Shown here piece by piece: positions 13,165 to 25,938 of a stretch of DNA of 45,182 nucleotides. Positions within the stretch are counted from its first letter, which is position 1. Every line of letters starts with the position of its first letter. The stretch comes from Phoronis australis (lineage: Eukaryota; Animalia; Phoronida). Made by a program: the position numbers and the translations under genes. The stretch covers positions 270,100 to 315,281 of the forward strand of contig NMRA01000508.1 of assembly GCA_002633005.1 (NCBI GenBank). The letters run 5' to 3'. The notes under the pieces were generated by a model. It saw only the letters and a list, made by a program, of their open reading frames with translations, was not told the origin of the DNA and made no database searches.

Positions 13165-14034
13165 CTGAAACGATACGAGTAATGAGGAACGGGAGCGTGG
13201 TTCTTCTCTTTGTTTTTTTTTTTTTTGTCCTTTTTGTTATTTTTTGATCCGAAATATAATCCCGTGACTCGAAATGGAACCCCAAAGGAATTTTGACGTT
13301 TTCCGTTCTATGCTGGTTTCAAAACCACATGGATGGCTTGCACTTCGTGCTCGAGTATACCTCAACCTTTTCAGACACGTAACAAATCCAGATTCGCATT
13401 GGATGACCCATTGCTACACATTCGAATCTGAACTCGAATAATTATCAAGTTTTAAGGTTATGTATGACCTGATTGACTTGTCGCAGTATTTACCTAAATA
13501 TGTACAATAGTATACAATTTAACTTAGTAAAAGTATATATTTTCTGAAAGTAAAGAAAGTGTGTAGAATTTGAATTTTGACTTCTTACCAATTGCTGTTA
13601 ATTAGGTCACGCGAATAAGTTTTTTAAGTAAAATTTAGCAAAAAAATACATCCCTAGTCAAACGACGGTATAGCATGACCAAATTTTGTTCGACATAAAT
13701 GTTCAAGATAAAATCTCAAAAAATTCTGTTATATTTGTTTATAAATTATCATATCTTTTTCGTTTGTTGCGACTTTTGATCTTTTCACAAAAATCGTTGA
13801 AGTCCTATTTTTGCTAGACTATCATGCAAAAGTGGTGGATTTGAAATACCATCCCTAAAAGCGTGTTTGAGAACAGGGCATAACGCATGCTGTCTGAAAG
13901 TTTCATACGAATACGTTACATGTATGGCATTCCTGAGATATAATGTTCCCAGGTTTGCCAAATTTGACTATTTTTGAGCGTCCCACACGTTTGCAGCTGT
14001 AGTTTTCATGAGAAATCAAGCACACTCCCCCTCA

Positions 14035-14110
14035 CCCCGTTTGGCGAAGTGGGTAGAAAGGTGCGCCTCAGAGAAACAAAAAGTCCGAGAAAATGAGCCA
14101 AAAGTCCACT
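14035..14110. repeat. Short dispersed repeat, inverted copy at ~35825-35900
   Basis: TTTGGCGAAGTGGG..CGCCTCAGAGAAACAAAAAGTCCG matches the reverse complement of CGGACTTTTTGTTTCACTGAGGCG..CCCAATTCGCCAAA. Confidence 0.7.
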
Positions 14111-14744
14111 AAAAAGACGCAGACGCGCAGTTCACTGTTGTGAAGGTGGTATACCGTTATTTTAGTCCTCTCGCTTTTTTGTTACTCGCAATGTTATTAA
14201 GTACAAACTGACCGTCACATATTACACCATAGAGAATTAGCCACTTTTACACCCACACCCAACCCCCTTTTCCTGTCTTTTAACACCCACTGGCACCCGG
14301 CACCATGTCAGTGTCCAGTCCCTAATAACGTCACAACAGGCAACTCCCCGTCGCCACGTCAAATCCACTCATCTCGTGTCACACGAGATGAGATGGTGAG
14401 TCACCATCTCAGCCAAACCCCCCGCCATGTTCTCAGGTCATAGCAATAAAACTGTGTTATATGAACATTTATATATAAATCTGAAACCAGCGCCAAAGAT
14501 ACTGGTGTAACTATAATATTTTTGCCAGCGTGGAAATGTAGATGACTTGTAGTTGTATTCCTTAGACGACGTGATTGGACCAACAGATGGTGTGCTGACC
14601 TGACGTATAACCATTTGCAGTAGCTGTGTTAGTACTGTAGTGTCGCGTGCGTCAAGTTGACAATTCAATTTTGTCGCACATTTTCCAATACCCACGCGAG
14701 TAGGAGTACATGTACCTATGGGCCTACTCTATTGCCGTTCTCAC

Positions 14745-14844
14745 CTACGTCATCAGGGCACACCTCTTCGTCTACTTTACCGTCGCAGTCATTGTCTTGG
14801 TCGTCGTCCGCTCTAAGGTCTGCCGTTTTTTTACACACGTACTT
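14745..14844 (-). CDS. FCGBP-N-domain membrane protein exon: KYVCKKTADLRADDDQDNDCDGKVDEEVCPDDV (MopE-like/putative metal-binding repeat)
   Basis: Acceptor TTTTTTCAG|AAG (phase 0), donor G|GTGAGA (phase 1); DNDCDGxVDE motif; this frame is not in the supplied ORF track. Confidence 0.85.
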
Positions 14845-15238
14845 CTGAAAAAACATGCATGCGGCTCGGTGGACGCGCTGTGTGAACGGTGGCCACCAAG
14901 TTAACTCGGATTAGGTTTAGTAATTTGAAGTAACATAAGACGGTAACGTTGGGTCCTGTTTTCACGGGTACTCGTCACACTCGAAAACCCTGTGTTCAGT
15001 GTCGTATTCTTACTGGATTGAAGACGGGATTGTTTTATTGAAATACCAATGCCTCGAAATTGATAACGCTAACTATCCATAAGGAAATAAAAACGAGGAA
15101 TGCGTTCCTTAGAGAACGCTTCTATCCAGAAAACTAATGTCACACCCTTTACGAGATATCGTCGTTCATAAAAGCGTAGCGTTTGATCACACCAGTTTTA
15201 CCCGCGAATGTCTACAGAACGAACCTCGCGTTACTTTC

Positions 15239-16795
15239 ACTTGAGACTCCCCAACTGTACTTATAGGCAACGTGTCGGACCTTAACTTAGGATGTTCAAA
15301 ACTAAACTTACTCGGTGTACATGTATGTGTTGCGGTGCACTATGAGTTACAGCACACATCACGAATTTTTGGCCGACCGGTCGGAAATTGGTCGACGACC
15401 GGCCGTCGACCGGTCGTCTAGCCGACCAGCAGCCGAACGGTCGGCTAGGAGCCGTCTGCTTAGTCGCCTCTGTGGTCGGCACTTGGGTCGGCTAATTGGT
15501 CGCCTAGCATAGACGACCAATTCGGTTTAAGCGTGTTCTTGGTCGGCAATTACCATTTTATGACCTAGCGGGTGAACTTTGGACAAACAAACATTTAACT
15601 GTTCGCTGTTCGTTTACCAGTGGCAACCCCTATCTTGACATCGGTTTATCAAATTTTGTTCAACTATTGAATGGAGGTAAAATCGAATCAACCTACAAAT
15701 ACGAAGTGCGTGGCATCATTACACAAGCCGAAAACCTTATGTTGAATTAATGACGGAGTGGTAAAATCAAACGTTAAGTGATATAGCGGAAAATGATTTC
15801 TAACTTTAGATATCAGACTTTTTATGCAGTGCATTATGCATAAAAACAAGCACGACATTTGAAATTTACAGCAAAATTGCATAAAAATCAGAATACAACA
15901 CTGTAACAAGAGAGAATGCTGGATCCCTTGGTCAGATAAGTTTGTTTCAACTGTACTTATCAGATGTTTATGAAACAGTGTTATCTTTGAAAAAGTGTGT
16001 TTAAGTGGAGATAATGGTACATGTATTTTTATAACGAATTTCAAGTCAATGAATAACAGAATTTCAATTAAATTCAGGGCGAGCCCGGATTCTCTCGCCA
16101 TAGATGAAGCGAATGCGCGTGCAAGACCCTGGTGCAAGTCGCCTCCTAATGGCAATTTCACTAAAGACAAAAAAGATGATGACAGTCTGTTTTATAATTT
16201 CTGTATTGTTCGTGGTCATAAAACGCCAATTACGTCCGATCACAGAGCATGCGCAGTAGAAAGAATGCGAATGTTTCCTGGACTACGTTACTATATGAAA
16301 GATCGTCCACACAAGGAGAAATTCTGAGAGGCCAGCGGTCTGTTTGGAGACAAAAGACCAAAGCCACTGCCAAAAACACTTGGCGAATACCCTGAAATTC
16401 AGCAACTCCACTTCAATGCAAAAACTATAGACGTTGCGGAGCAGACTAGTGGCCATTTTGAAACAGGCCCTCCCTGCAGACATCGATGGAGTCCCCACCC
16501 TAGGATATTTTTGCGGTTTGCTCTCGTGTTTATTCTGTTCATACCTTTTTCATTTATGAGCGAACCTCTGCAAAATGCTTTACTTTGAGACTAGTGCGCT
16601 GCGGGCGAGACATTTATTTTATGCGTTTACCATCACTGTCGTTGTGTCCTAACTTAGGCAACAAGGGAAGCTGAGTTTACTCCCTAGTCTTAGCCAGGGC
16701 ACATGTGCCCAGACACGCTAAACGTTTCCTAGCGTCAGAGGGGATGTTAAACACCAAAGGGTCTTTCAAAAAACATCGAAATTTTCGTGGTGGTA
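15239..16795 (+). repeat. Tandem near-identical duplication (copy 2: 17309-18313), probable uncollapsed haplotype
   Basis: Colinear match starting ACTTGAGACTCCCC; N join at 17308; copy 1 carries extra insertions. Confidence 0.85.
15350..15903. mobile_element. 554-bp insertion with TA target duplication, absent from the sister copy
   Basis: GAGT-TA-[CAG...CTG]-TA-ACAAG versus the empty site GAGT-TA-ACAAG at 17416-17426. Confidence 0.85.
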
Positions 16796-17307
16796 CATCG
16801 GCGGATTTAGGGGGGGGCGGGCCCAGGGGGCCCGGGCCCCCCCTTGGCTGCCCCCAAAAAAATAAAACAGTAAGAGGGAAATGGTGAGTTTATTAATTAA
16901 CCCCGGTAATTAAAATTATACGGATGAAAAAAGATTTAAATGTGTGCAGTTTTAGTGTTTGGGGGTGGGCTCAAATCCAATTTCAAGTGTCAAATTCGGG
17001 ACACGGCGCGTTCGTAACGGAACTATGGCTAAGTATAGAATCTCCCGCGATATCCTAGGCGACCGGCAGCGGCGCTGTGCACTACGACTCCGTTTCCGTC
17101 GTCTGCTCCACTGTGCAATCCCGTCATTATTGCCAACACGAAAAATGGATTTGGTCTTTTGGGCATTTGAAGACTATTTCAAATACGACAAATTTGTTAA
17201 GAGTTGATGGCACAAAATATAAAATGTGTAATAAGCTTTACAAAAAGAAGTAGGTTACGCGCGCAAACGCTGTGGCCCATAAACAAGCAAGTCTTTTAGT
17301 ATGGGAG
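16796..17307. mobile_element. MITE-like repeat with GGCGGATTTAGGGGGG head, absent at the equivalent site of copy 2, truncated by the N join
   Basis: Copy 1 continues CATCGGCGGATTTAGGGGGGGGCGGGCCC where copy 2 (18314) continues ATTACAG; a similar G-run head occurs at 22430 (CATGGGCGGATCCAGG). Confidence 0.5.
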
Positions 17308-18664
17308 NACTTGAGACTCCCCTACTGTACAGTTGTTCTTATAGACAACGTGTCGGACCTTAACTTAGGATGTTCAAAACTAAACTTACTCGGTGTATGT
17401 GTTGCGGTGCACTATGAGTTAACAAGAGAGAATGCTGGATCCCTTGGTCAGATAAGTTTGTTTCAACTGTACTTATCAGATGTTTACGAAACAGTGTTAT
17501 CTTTGAAAAAGTTTGTTTAAGTGGAGATAATGGTACACGTATTTTTATAACGAATTTCAAGTCAATGAATAACAGAATTTCAATTAATTTCAGGGCGAGC
17601 CCGGATTCTCTCGCCATAGATGAAGCGAATGCGCGTGCGAGACCCTGGTGCAAGTTGCCTCTTAATGGCAATTTCACTAAAGACAAAAAAGATGATGACA
17701 GTCTGTTTTATAATTTCTGTATTGTTCGTGGTCATAAAACGCCAATTACGTCCGATCACAGAGCATGCGCAGTAGAAAGAATGCGAATGTTTCCTGGACG
17801 ACGTTACTATGAAAGATCGTCCACACAAGGAGGAATTCTGAGATGCCAGCGGTCTGTTTGGAGACAAAAGACCAAAGCCACTGCCAAAAACACTTGGCGA
17901 AAACCCTGAAATTCAGCAACTCAACTTCAATTCAAAAACTATCTACGTTGCGGAGCAGACTAGTGGCCATTTTGAAACAGGCCCTCCCTGCAGACATCGA
18001 TGGAGTCCCCACCCTAGGACATTTTTGCTGTTTGCTCTCGTGTTTATTATGTCTCCACATTGTTCATACCTTTTTCATTCATGAGCGAACCTCTGCAAAA
18101 TGCTTTACTTTGAGACTAGTGCGCTGCGGGCGAGACATTTATTTTATGCGTTTACCAACACTGTCGTTGTGTTCTAACTTGGGCAACAAGGGGAGCTGAG
18201 TTTACTCCCTAGTCTTAGCCAGGGTACATGTGCCCTGACACGTTTCCTAGCGTCAGAGCGGATGTTAAACACCAAAGGGTCTTTCAAAAAACATCAAAAT
18301 TTTCGTGGTGGTAATTACAGTACCATTTGAGAGTGCAAAGCGTGGCAGTAAAATCAACCGAGGGCAGATTTCCCTGGTGGCATTGTCTAGTTTGAGTTTG
18401 ACATGCTGCTCAAACGTTTCCCAGTAATTCTCAATTTTCTTTGGTACAGCTGGTGTTAATTCGTAACTGTGAAAGTGTTCAGGTCCTCTAGTGTACTACA
18501 CGTTTAAAATTCTCCGTCAAGGAGTTTATGCGACCTTTGAACACTATTACCGTCTACTCTACACTCGACGATGCATGTATAAGCCCATGGTTGTTTTTCT
18601 CTTCCCCGAAGCCTTGTATTCAAATTTCTCAGACAGCACACTTTGAGGACAAATAGAGAAAAAT

Positions 18665-18703
18665 GAAGATGAAGAAGAAGAAGAAGAAGAAGAAGAAGAA
18701 GAA
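18665..18703. repeat. (GAA)n microsatellite
   Basis: Direct reading. Confidence 0.95.
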
Positions 18704-18882
18704 AATAAATGAGAAAAAGTGAGCAGTCTGGCGTGAAAAGGTCTTGCGGTAGCTTTCGTAAATGGGATTCACAATTTTTGTGAAAGAGCAAAAAAAATTA
18801 AGGTAAAGCTCGTAAAACCACCCTGTAGCCCCCCCCCCTCCTGTTGGTTATACGCAGCTGTTACTGCAGTAGAAACACAGTA

Positions 18883-19046
18883 GTGTATGACCAACAGGGG
18901 GAACAACATGAAAATGAGTCGCACTTAAACTCAGTTTAGCTCCAGCCATTTGTGACTCGTGTGTGTATAACCAACAGAGGAGAAACAACAGGAAAATGAG
19001 GCGCACTTAGACTCAACTCGGCTCCACCCATTTGTGACTCGTGTGT
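18883..19046. repeat. Two-copy ~82-bp tandem repeat
   Basis: GTAT(G/A)ACCAACAG..GAAAATGAG..GCACTTA..CCATTTGTGACTCGTGTGT occurs twice. Confidence 0.8.
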
Positions 19047-19201
19047 AATTCTGCGCACAAAGTCACCAACTTAAATGTTACTAAAACTGCTGTTTGGGTT
19101 GAATACTGCGACTGGTGTATCGTGCACCTATCCCGAAGTCGCCGTCCTAAGCATTTGCTTCTAACTCGAATGGTGGCACCGAAGTGTCTGTATTTACGTA
19201 C

Positions 19202-19701
19202 ATTTATTCGGTCGAACCGCAGACCCAATGGCATGGCATAGCTCTCTTGTTGCGCCGCGCCGTAAAGGATGCAGCCAAATCTGACAGCGGGGTTGAAGTG
19301 ACTCATCGTGTGCGAGCCGCGTGAGATCTCTAGAGTTGATGTCGCCATCTTCGGTTCGGAGTTCTCCACCACTAGCCAGCCTAATGGCGGAACGTATGAG
19401 GAGCCGTCTATCTTCAGCTCGTCTCTTCGTGCCTCCTCGATGGCCACCATGACGAAGTTTTCGAAGTCGTTTTGTGAGCCCGTCTCTGGTGTCAGGAAGG
19501 TGTACGAGTTGCTATACTGCTCTACCGAAGGGACGAATGCCATACTCGCGTCGCCCATCAGGCCGCCGAGCTCTTGGCTGTGCGAAATATGGATAACCAA
19601 CAATGGTTTCTGGCCAACAACCTTAAGATTGAGATTTGAGCTGAGCTCCACTTCGACAAAGTCACCGGCCGTTTTTAAGACCCCGAGTTGTTTGTTTTTT
19701 C
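19202..19701 (-). CDS. FCGBP (IgGFc-binding protein) N-terminal domain exon, C-terminal part
   Basis: ..GDFVE..KPLLVIHISHSQ..GDASMAFVPSVEQYSNSYTF..GSHTMSH..FGCILYG..ESYAMPLG, characteristic IgGFc_binding motifs; acceptor TTCCAG|GA (phase 1), donor AAT|GTACGT (phase 0). Confidence 0.92.
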
Positions 19702-20427
19702 CTGGAAGGCAAGGACAGTGTCTGCAGGTTGCTGGTACAGTATGTTGCCCGTTGTGATGTATAGTTATGCGAATCAGTTGAAAATTTGTCATTGCCGATT
19801 GTAAAAAGCTGATACTGACGTGACCTGAATGTACGACCAGGAGCTTTGCTGGTGAAGTTATGTAAATAGTTTGCGTATCCAAAGTCAGAATAGTACTAGG
19901 TCTGCATTCATGTCCAATCACGACTCTTTCGGCCTGTTAATTTTATGCACATTTTATACGACGTAAGTTAGATTGCAATAATTTTAATACTTCCGTTCTT
20001 GAACGGGCTGTATGGTCTTCGTCGACGTCGTCCGGAGTCATTCCCTATTTTGTGCCATTGCTCTGACAAATTTGGCTCTCACCTGACTATTGCCAAATTA
20101 AATTAAGTGTGTCAAGTGTGCAAAAATCAAAAAAGAGATCACGTGTTTCTTTTCCGAGATCTTAGTGTGTCGCAATTTTTCGATTGACAAACTCCGAGCT
20201 CTTTGGCCATACAGTGCAGTAAAGTTCATGCAAATTAGCCTTTTGAGTATGCCGTGAAAAAGCAGTTTCAATGTTTTGTGATGCTTTGGTAAATGTAAAT
20301 TAATGCTATGGAGAAAGAAAGGCGATTTTGCACGGCACTCCAATGATGAAAAGGAATCATGAAAGTAACGTTATCAGTTGATGACTGAACGAATTCGTAT
20401 TCAAGAATTTGCGTGTGGTTCACTTGC

Positions 20428-20746
20428 CATATACTGTGTATGATGTGTCTGCAGTGCCCGCGATGATTCGTACCAGATCACCGTTTTTGTAACCGGGAAA
20501 CGCAGCGAGAATGTAATTCTTGCCCCAGGATGAGACTGGCGGCAGCTGTTCCACAATATGGTCGTGCGTGCTCGCAGTGGAGTTTACGGCTGTGCGTACG
20601 TTACCGCTGAACACGGCTACAGGTTTCGTGGCTGCGATTTGCGTGCCTGTAAGGTCGCCGGGCGCCTGCATTTGGAAGCCCTGGTTCTTGCCTAGTGTTA
20701 TTGATATTGTGCTGCCAGCGTTGTATGTCCTTCCTGCGAAGTCCAC
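20428..20746 (-). CDS. FCGBP N-terminal domain exon (GC donor)
   Basis: DLTGTQIAATKPVAVFSGN..DHIVEQLPPVSSWGKNY, the signature of the IgGFc_binding domain; acceptor GTAG|GTG; phase-1 donor G|GCAAGT. Confidence 0.92.
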
Positions 20747-22559
20747 CTACAACGAATATCGTAATCGTGATATTTGCGAAATTTGTATTAAAGGCAGCAA
20801 TCATTTACATCGGCCATGGTATCCAGGACCCCGGTCACGTCTACGTACATAACCATACACATGCTCATAGCGATAACTTTTCCATATGGTCGCTTGTTAT
20901 TGTGCCTCTGCCTGCGCAGCGCGTGATGTCCCTCGTTTTCGAATTCACTGTTGACAGTACGCACGTAATGTCCAGAAGAATTCGAAAATATGGTTTGTTT
21001 TCGTGGAGTCAATGCATGATGCTAAAGACAACAATAGAATCTCTCGTAATTCTGTTGTTAATGTCCGTATTCTGTTCGGAACTGGGTGAAATTTATGATG
21101 TTAAAAGTAAATGATACACTTTTCGTGCAGATTGCCAGTCAGAAGTCGAAAAAGATTTGGATAATTAGTAAAGTTTTCAACGTAAAAAAGTAAGAAATTT
21201 AAAATGGATGATATTATTTTAACTGGAGTAGAATTTGTATTTCAGATAATTCAACCCAGCATGTCTGAAAAGCTGTCACGTCATTCTCAATAGTCTGTCT
21301 CCTGGTGTACATTTAGTTCTTGTAAATAGCTTACTGTTAAGGGGCTGTCTCGACGAATTCGACATTATTCTCCGTTTTGAGTCACATGACTTGCTGTATT
21401 GATTGAAGTTTACAAACGGGCTGAAATGAAACACCCGAGAGGTAATTTCAGTGCACGAGACCGGAAATGTTCTGGCTATAATAGAAGGCATTCCTATACT
21501 GCGGTGGTCTTGAATTTTTGTCTGATGAAAAAGCAATTGAGATTTCCCATTCTATCTCAGTGAGAGTCGATCACCGTGGGGTTCCTGGTCAGAGGTCATG
21601 TACACCCTGTCTACACAGTCCGATTAGTCGTATTGCAACTTTTAAATATTATAGGCCTAAGTAAAACAACGAACGTGGTCAACTTTTAAAGACACTGTCA
21701 TTTACGAGCCACCGGAGTGTGTTTGCCTATGTTCCTACGCGACTTTTCAGTCACGCTAAATGCTGAAAATCGTACATATATACGAGTTTTCGATTGAAGT
21801 AGAACGTGGCCGATTTTGCTCCCAGTTGCGATAGAATCCTAAGGAAGATACCGTATACTACTTGTCGTTTGAAGCAGGGTATGACTGATTTTGAAAGACT
21901 CACTAAGGAAAATCGTATATGACGACAGTTGGACAACTGTCTACGCCCTCCTACTATTGCGTACGAAGTTGTCAAAAAGTTGTGTACGACGATCAGGATG
22001 ACAGAGCAGACAGGGCTTTTTGAGAATGGTGCAATTACGTCATATATACTTGGACTTCAAAATAAATTTATACGGGGGCACTGTTTTTCTTTTTGGTGAA
22101 GTGGAAGTGACGATGAAAAGAGTTTAAACTCTAGGGCAAGGAGACACTTTTGAAACCTTTACATAATAACGTTTGGAACGCTGACGTGTGTTATGACTTC
22201 AGCCAAAAGCTAGAAATCTCAGTGACCACGAATTCGCCAAAACCTGTTTTTTGTCCTTAGTGTTTCTCGAAACGTTTTCACTTACGTCTTTTCTAGCGCA
22301 TGAGACTGTGTTTTTTTACTTCGAAATAAGGCAGAATATCGGTGTCTCAAGCCTTCCGTAGACTTGTTTTTATGTAAAATACAACAGACAGCAGTGGCGG
22401 TTGTAGGGGGGGGGCAAGGCGACCATGCCCATGGGCGGATCCAGGATTTTGAGTTAGGGGGGGCTAGGGCAGAGTATTATCCAGGATTTTGCCTGTCACA
22501 CATTGGCACTCCCGAACTGTCCAATGGAATCTTGAAGAATTTTAGAGGGGCTATGGCCC

Positions 22560-22776
22560 NNNNNNNNNNNNNNNNNNNNNNNNNNNNNNNNNNNNNNNNN
22601 NNNNNNNNNNNNNNNNNNNNNNNNNNNNNNNNNNNNNNNNNNNNNNNNNNNNNNNNNNNNNNNNNNNNNNNNNNNNNNNNNNNNNNNNNNNNNNNNNNNN
22701 NNNNNNNNNNNNNNNNNNNNNNNNNNNNNNNNNNNNNNNNNNNNNNNNNNNNNNNNNNNNNNNNNNNNNNNNNNNN
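22560..22776. other. Assembly gap
   Basis: Run of N. Confidence 1.
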
Positions 22777-23000
22777 GCAGTGCGACCCTACCGATTCAGT
22801 ACATGTCACCCGTTACGCGATTCGTCAAAAAAACACAGTGTGTGGTCGTGCACAAAGAATTTGTGGACTAGTCCGAAACGAAGAAAAGGGGAGAAAGGTG
22901 GAAGACCGGTCCATGTGCTCATAGCAAATAAAATACCATATTTCTTGGAACTGATTTCTTATTGTAATGTACAATGTCATTTTAGCCAAAATTATTTTTA

Positions 23001-24102
23001 TAACATTCGTCCTAATAAGCGCCCATGCCCCTATAAGCGTCCCCACTCGTTTTCAGACTTCGCTAAAATAAGAGCCCAGTCCATGAATGTGTATATATCA
23101 GTGCGAAAAATGTCTTACCTCACAGTTCTAAAATTCTACAGTAAATGTATTCAATTTATAAATAATATCCGACAGTTCTGAAAAATCATTGTGCGCGTAA
23201 TTTCTAGTAGACCACGAGCCTCGCCGCTATGTCGGTACTTAGCCGTGGCTGTACACTTCAAACCATTCCGCAGTGCTTCAAAAAGAACGCAAAAGATTTG
23301 CTGATCTTGCGCGGAGGAAAGTGTCACACTACATGGTCTGGCCCTGATCAGAACAGACGCAGCGTACTCAGGTCAACGGGGATTGGTATTGTATCTTTCC
23401 CGTACAGATCTTCTCCCACAACAGGAATCCAGATTGTTTTGTACACGAAAAATTATAAAAACCGCGAATCGAAACTTGGCCAAGAAGCGCGCGCTAGGGC
23501 CCACATATAACATGTGGGCCTGCTCAATGAGATAAATATTCTACATTATACAGCTCATTGGGCCTGCTACTCTGGCAAAATGAACACTGATGACACGCAC
23601 GCGCTCGCTCACTCTGTGCACACCAGCTGATTCACTTCAATACTAACGTCACGTGACAACAGTGTTCGTCCAGATTTTTCTCGTTGCGGGGTGTGATCTA
23701 GCGCAGATTTTGACTTAATCTGCGGTTAATCCCGACTCCGAGTCCACAGGAACTTAAGAATCTTAGGAAAGGCTATTTGGGAGGATTTCAGGTAATTTGA
23801 GTCGAAACTATTTTTACTCAAGAATTCAAGTTGTCCTCATCGACGATCGCGAAGCAGCAACGCATCAGTCGGCAAGTTTTCGCCCTGGGATTTCAGCACA
23901 TTTTTTAAAAAGATCGTAATTTAACAACAGAGTTTGATAGCAATGCACCACAGTAGCTAGTCTGTCATAGGTTACACATACGTCACAGCGCGTAAATTTG
24001 ATGAATCCTAACTTCCAATTTCACCCGTTTCGGAGACCAGGTTTTAACTGCCGTAGGCTACAAAAAGAGTCCCCCTGGGCGCTTATTAGAGCAAATACGG
24101 TA
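23001..24102. mobile_element. MITE, Tc1/mariner-pogo-like, ~1.1 kb
   Basis: Right end GGGCGCTTATTAGAGCAAATACGG-TA; degenerate left TIR ATTCGTCCTAATAAGCGCCC; contains the repeat shared with 1-285. Confidence 0.55.
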
Positions 24103-24626
24103 GCCCTAATAGATGGTGACATCAGTGCACGAAACGATGATTTTTATTTAAATTAGCAGCAAGTTTGTGGTGACTAGCGCCAACGACCGGGTGACCGAAC
24201 TTCGGGCTTGGCGAGTAGATTTTCTGGCTCCGGCACTCGCCCAGCTGGCGAGCAGGGTTTTTCAAAACTAAAAGCCTGGGTATATCCCTGACTTCCACAC
24301 TTTTTCAAAAGAGGGAAAACTTTAAAACGTACTAAGTGAACCGGAAATGCAATGGCGATAATTCTCAAGACACGGGCGTGACTGTGGCGCAAAAATGGTT
24401 CAGTTTTATTTCAAGTATGGCTTTGCTAGAAGTGCTGCCCAGTATACCCCGTGTGTTTTTTTCTATTTAAAAGGGGTCCGTGAAATTGAGAACAGAAGCC
24501 TTGTATAGAAATAATGCCAAGATTATATGACATCTGTAAATGTATACCAAGCCATTGCGGCATATTTAACCACGTAGTCCTCACATCTAGCTCCACCCAC
24601 GATAAGGCAAGTATACATAAAATCAC

Positions 24627-24899
24627 CTTCACGTTGCTTTGTTTCGACAACACGATCGTGATGTCAGTGTTGTCGCCCGTCGCCACGATACCAATCTGGC
24701 AATTCAACGTCATAGGGAAGTAACAGGCAGCTATGTAGTTCATGTCTAACACGTTTCCGGGCAGCGCCATGAACGCGCCCGTAGACATGTAGGCCCTGTT
24801 AACGCCATATACTACGAGGTCTCCGCGTGCCGCCTTCACCAAGATAACCTTGTCGGTAATGGCGGTGCCCTTGACTCTGTACACCGAGTCCACAGTCAC
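24627..24899 (-). CDS. FCGBP N-terminal domain exon
   Basis: VTVDS..DLVVYGVNRAYMSTGAFMALPGNVLDMNY..IGIVATGDNTDITI; acceptor GTGCAG|GTG, donor AAG|GTGATT, 273 nt, phase 0-0. Confidence 0.92.
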
Positions 24900-25586
24900 C
24901 TGCACAGACAAATTGACTGAGAATGCACTGAGACGCCGCAATAATATTTAGTTTCAAGTTTTCAAAACTTGCCGGAGACTTAGTCTCATATAGACCCAGG
25001 GCGTACGTGTGTAATGTTTGTAATCACAATCAAAATTATTTTTGGTATTTTCTGTTCTCGGATAAGTGTCTATTTTTGTGCTTTACGTCTTACATGTGTT
25101 TTCACTTAATGACCCCAACATTAAAGATACTCAAATCTGAAGTTTAAATGTCGATTTTTTTCAAAAAATCTCGCTGTACTCTGTGCCCACTTTAGCTAGG
25201 GGTCACCAAGTGCGAACTTGGACTGAGGTTAACTGATCGTGTATGGAAACCATGATGTAGGCGTACCCGACGTTTTAGCGTCTAGTCTGCCTTATCATAG
25301 GAATTCCACGAGTCATAAGTTCGCTTCAGAAAAAGCAGCGTAAATCTGTTTGTTCCACACACCGACTATGATAATTAGTCGTAGACGACTTCGCGCGAGA
25401 CTCCCCGAGCCAGAAAGTCGTAGATGATTGATCAGTCGGGATGAGCGCGTCCAATTTTGTCCTGACTTTCGTTCTAGTCTGGGAAAATCGCATACGCTTG
25501 TGTATGCACTGTCCACTCAATTGGAGCACGGCAACTGGAACAGGGCGTGGGGCCGAAATTCGTTAATGAGTGATTCAGTACTGTAC

Positions 25587-25801
25587 CTTGGCTGTTGTCC
25601 CTGCGCGGATTGTCCCTGACATTCCGTGGACTGTCCTTATGCCCCTGTAGCGGGGCGATTTAATCTCATATGTTGATGTTCTCGTTTGGGCCTTATTGCC
25701 TGGGGTCAAGAGGAGTTGCATGCTAGTCCGTCTTTCATCCCCGTCCGCTTTGTTCTCCAAAAACATGATAAAGAACTTCTTTCCGGCGTTGTCAAGGTAA
25801 T
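25587..25801 (-). CDS. FCGBP-like protein exon with N-terminal DNxGxxFxxxFxEN motif
   Basis: YLDNAGKKFFIMFLENK..; acceptor TTGCAG|AT (phase 1), donor AAG|GTACAG (phase 0). Confidence 0.88.
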
Positions 25802-25938
25802 CTGCAATGTGTCAGCACCATTCAGTGCCGTTTGTGAACTGCCTCAGCCTAATGAACGGAATTATATTGCGAGTAGTAGGAGACAGCACATCCTTATCAA
25901 GTCTATACGCCGTGCGATTTTCTTCAAATTACCCTTAA

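Noticed and set aside
15688-18199. Several 95-160-aa ORFs
   Set aside because: No recognisable motifs, and frames differ between the two duplicated copies.
19702-19921. N-terminal part of the 302-aa ORF 19013..19921
   Set aside because: Intronic read-through; homology starts at the acceptor at 19701 and ends at 19202.
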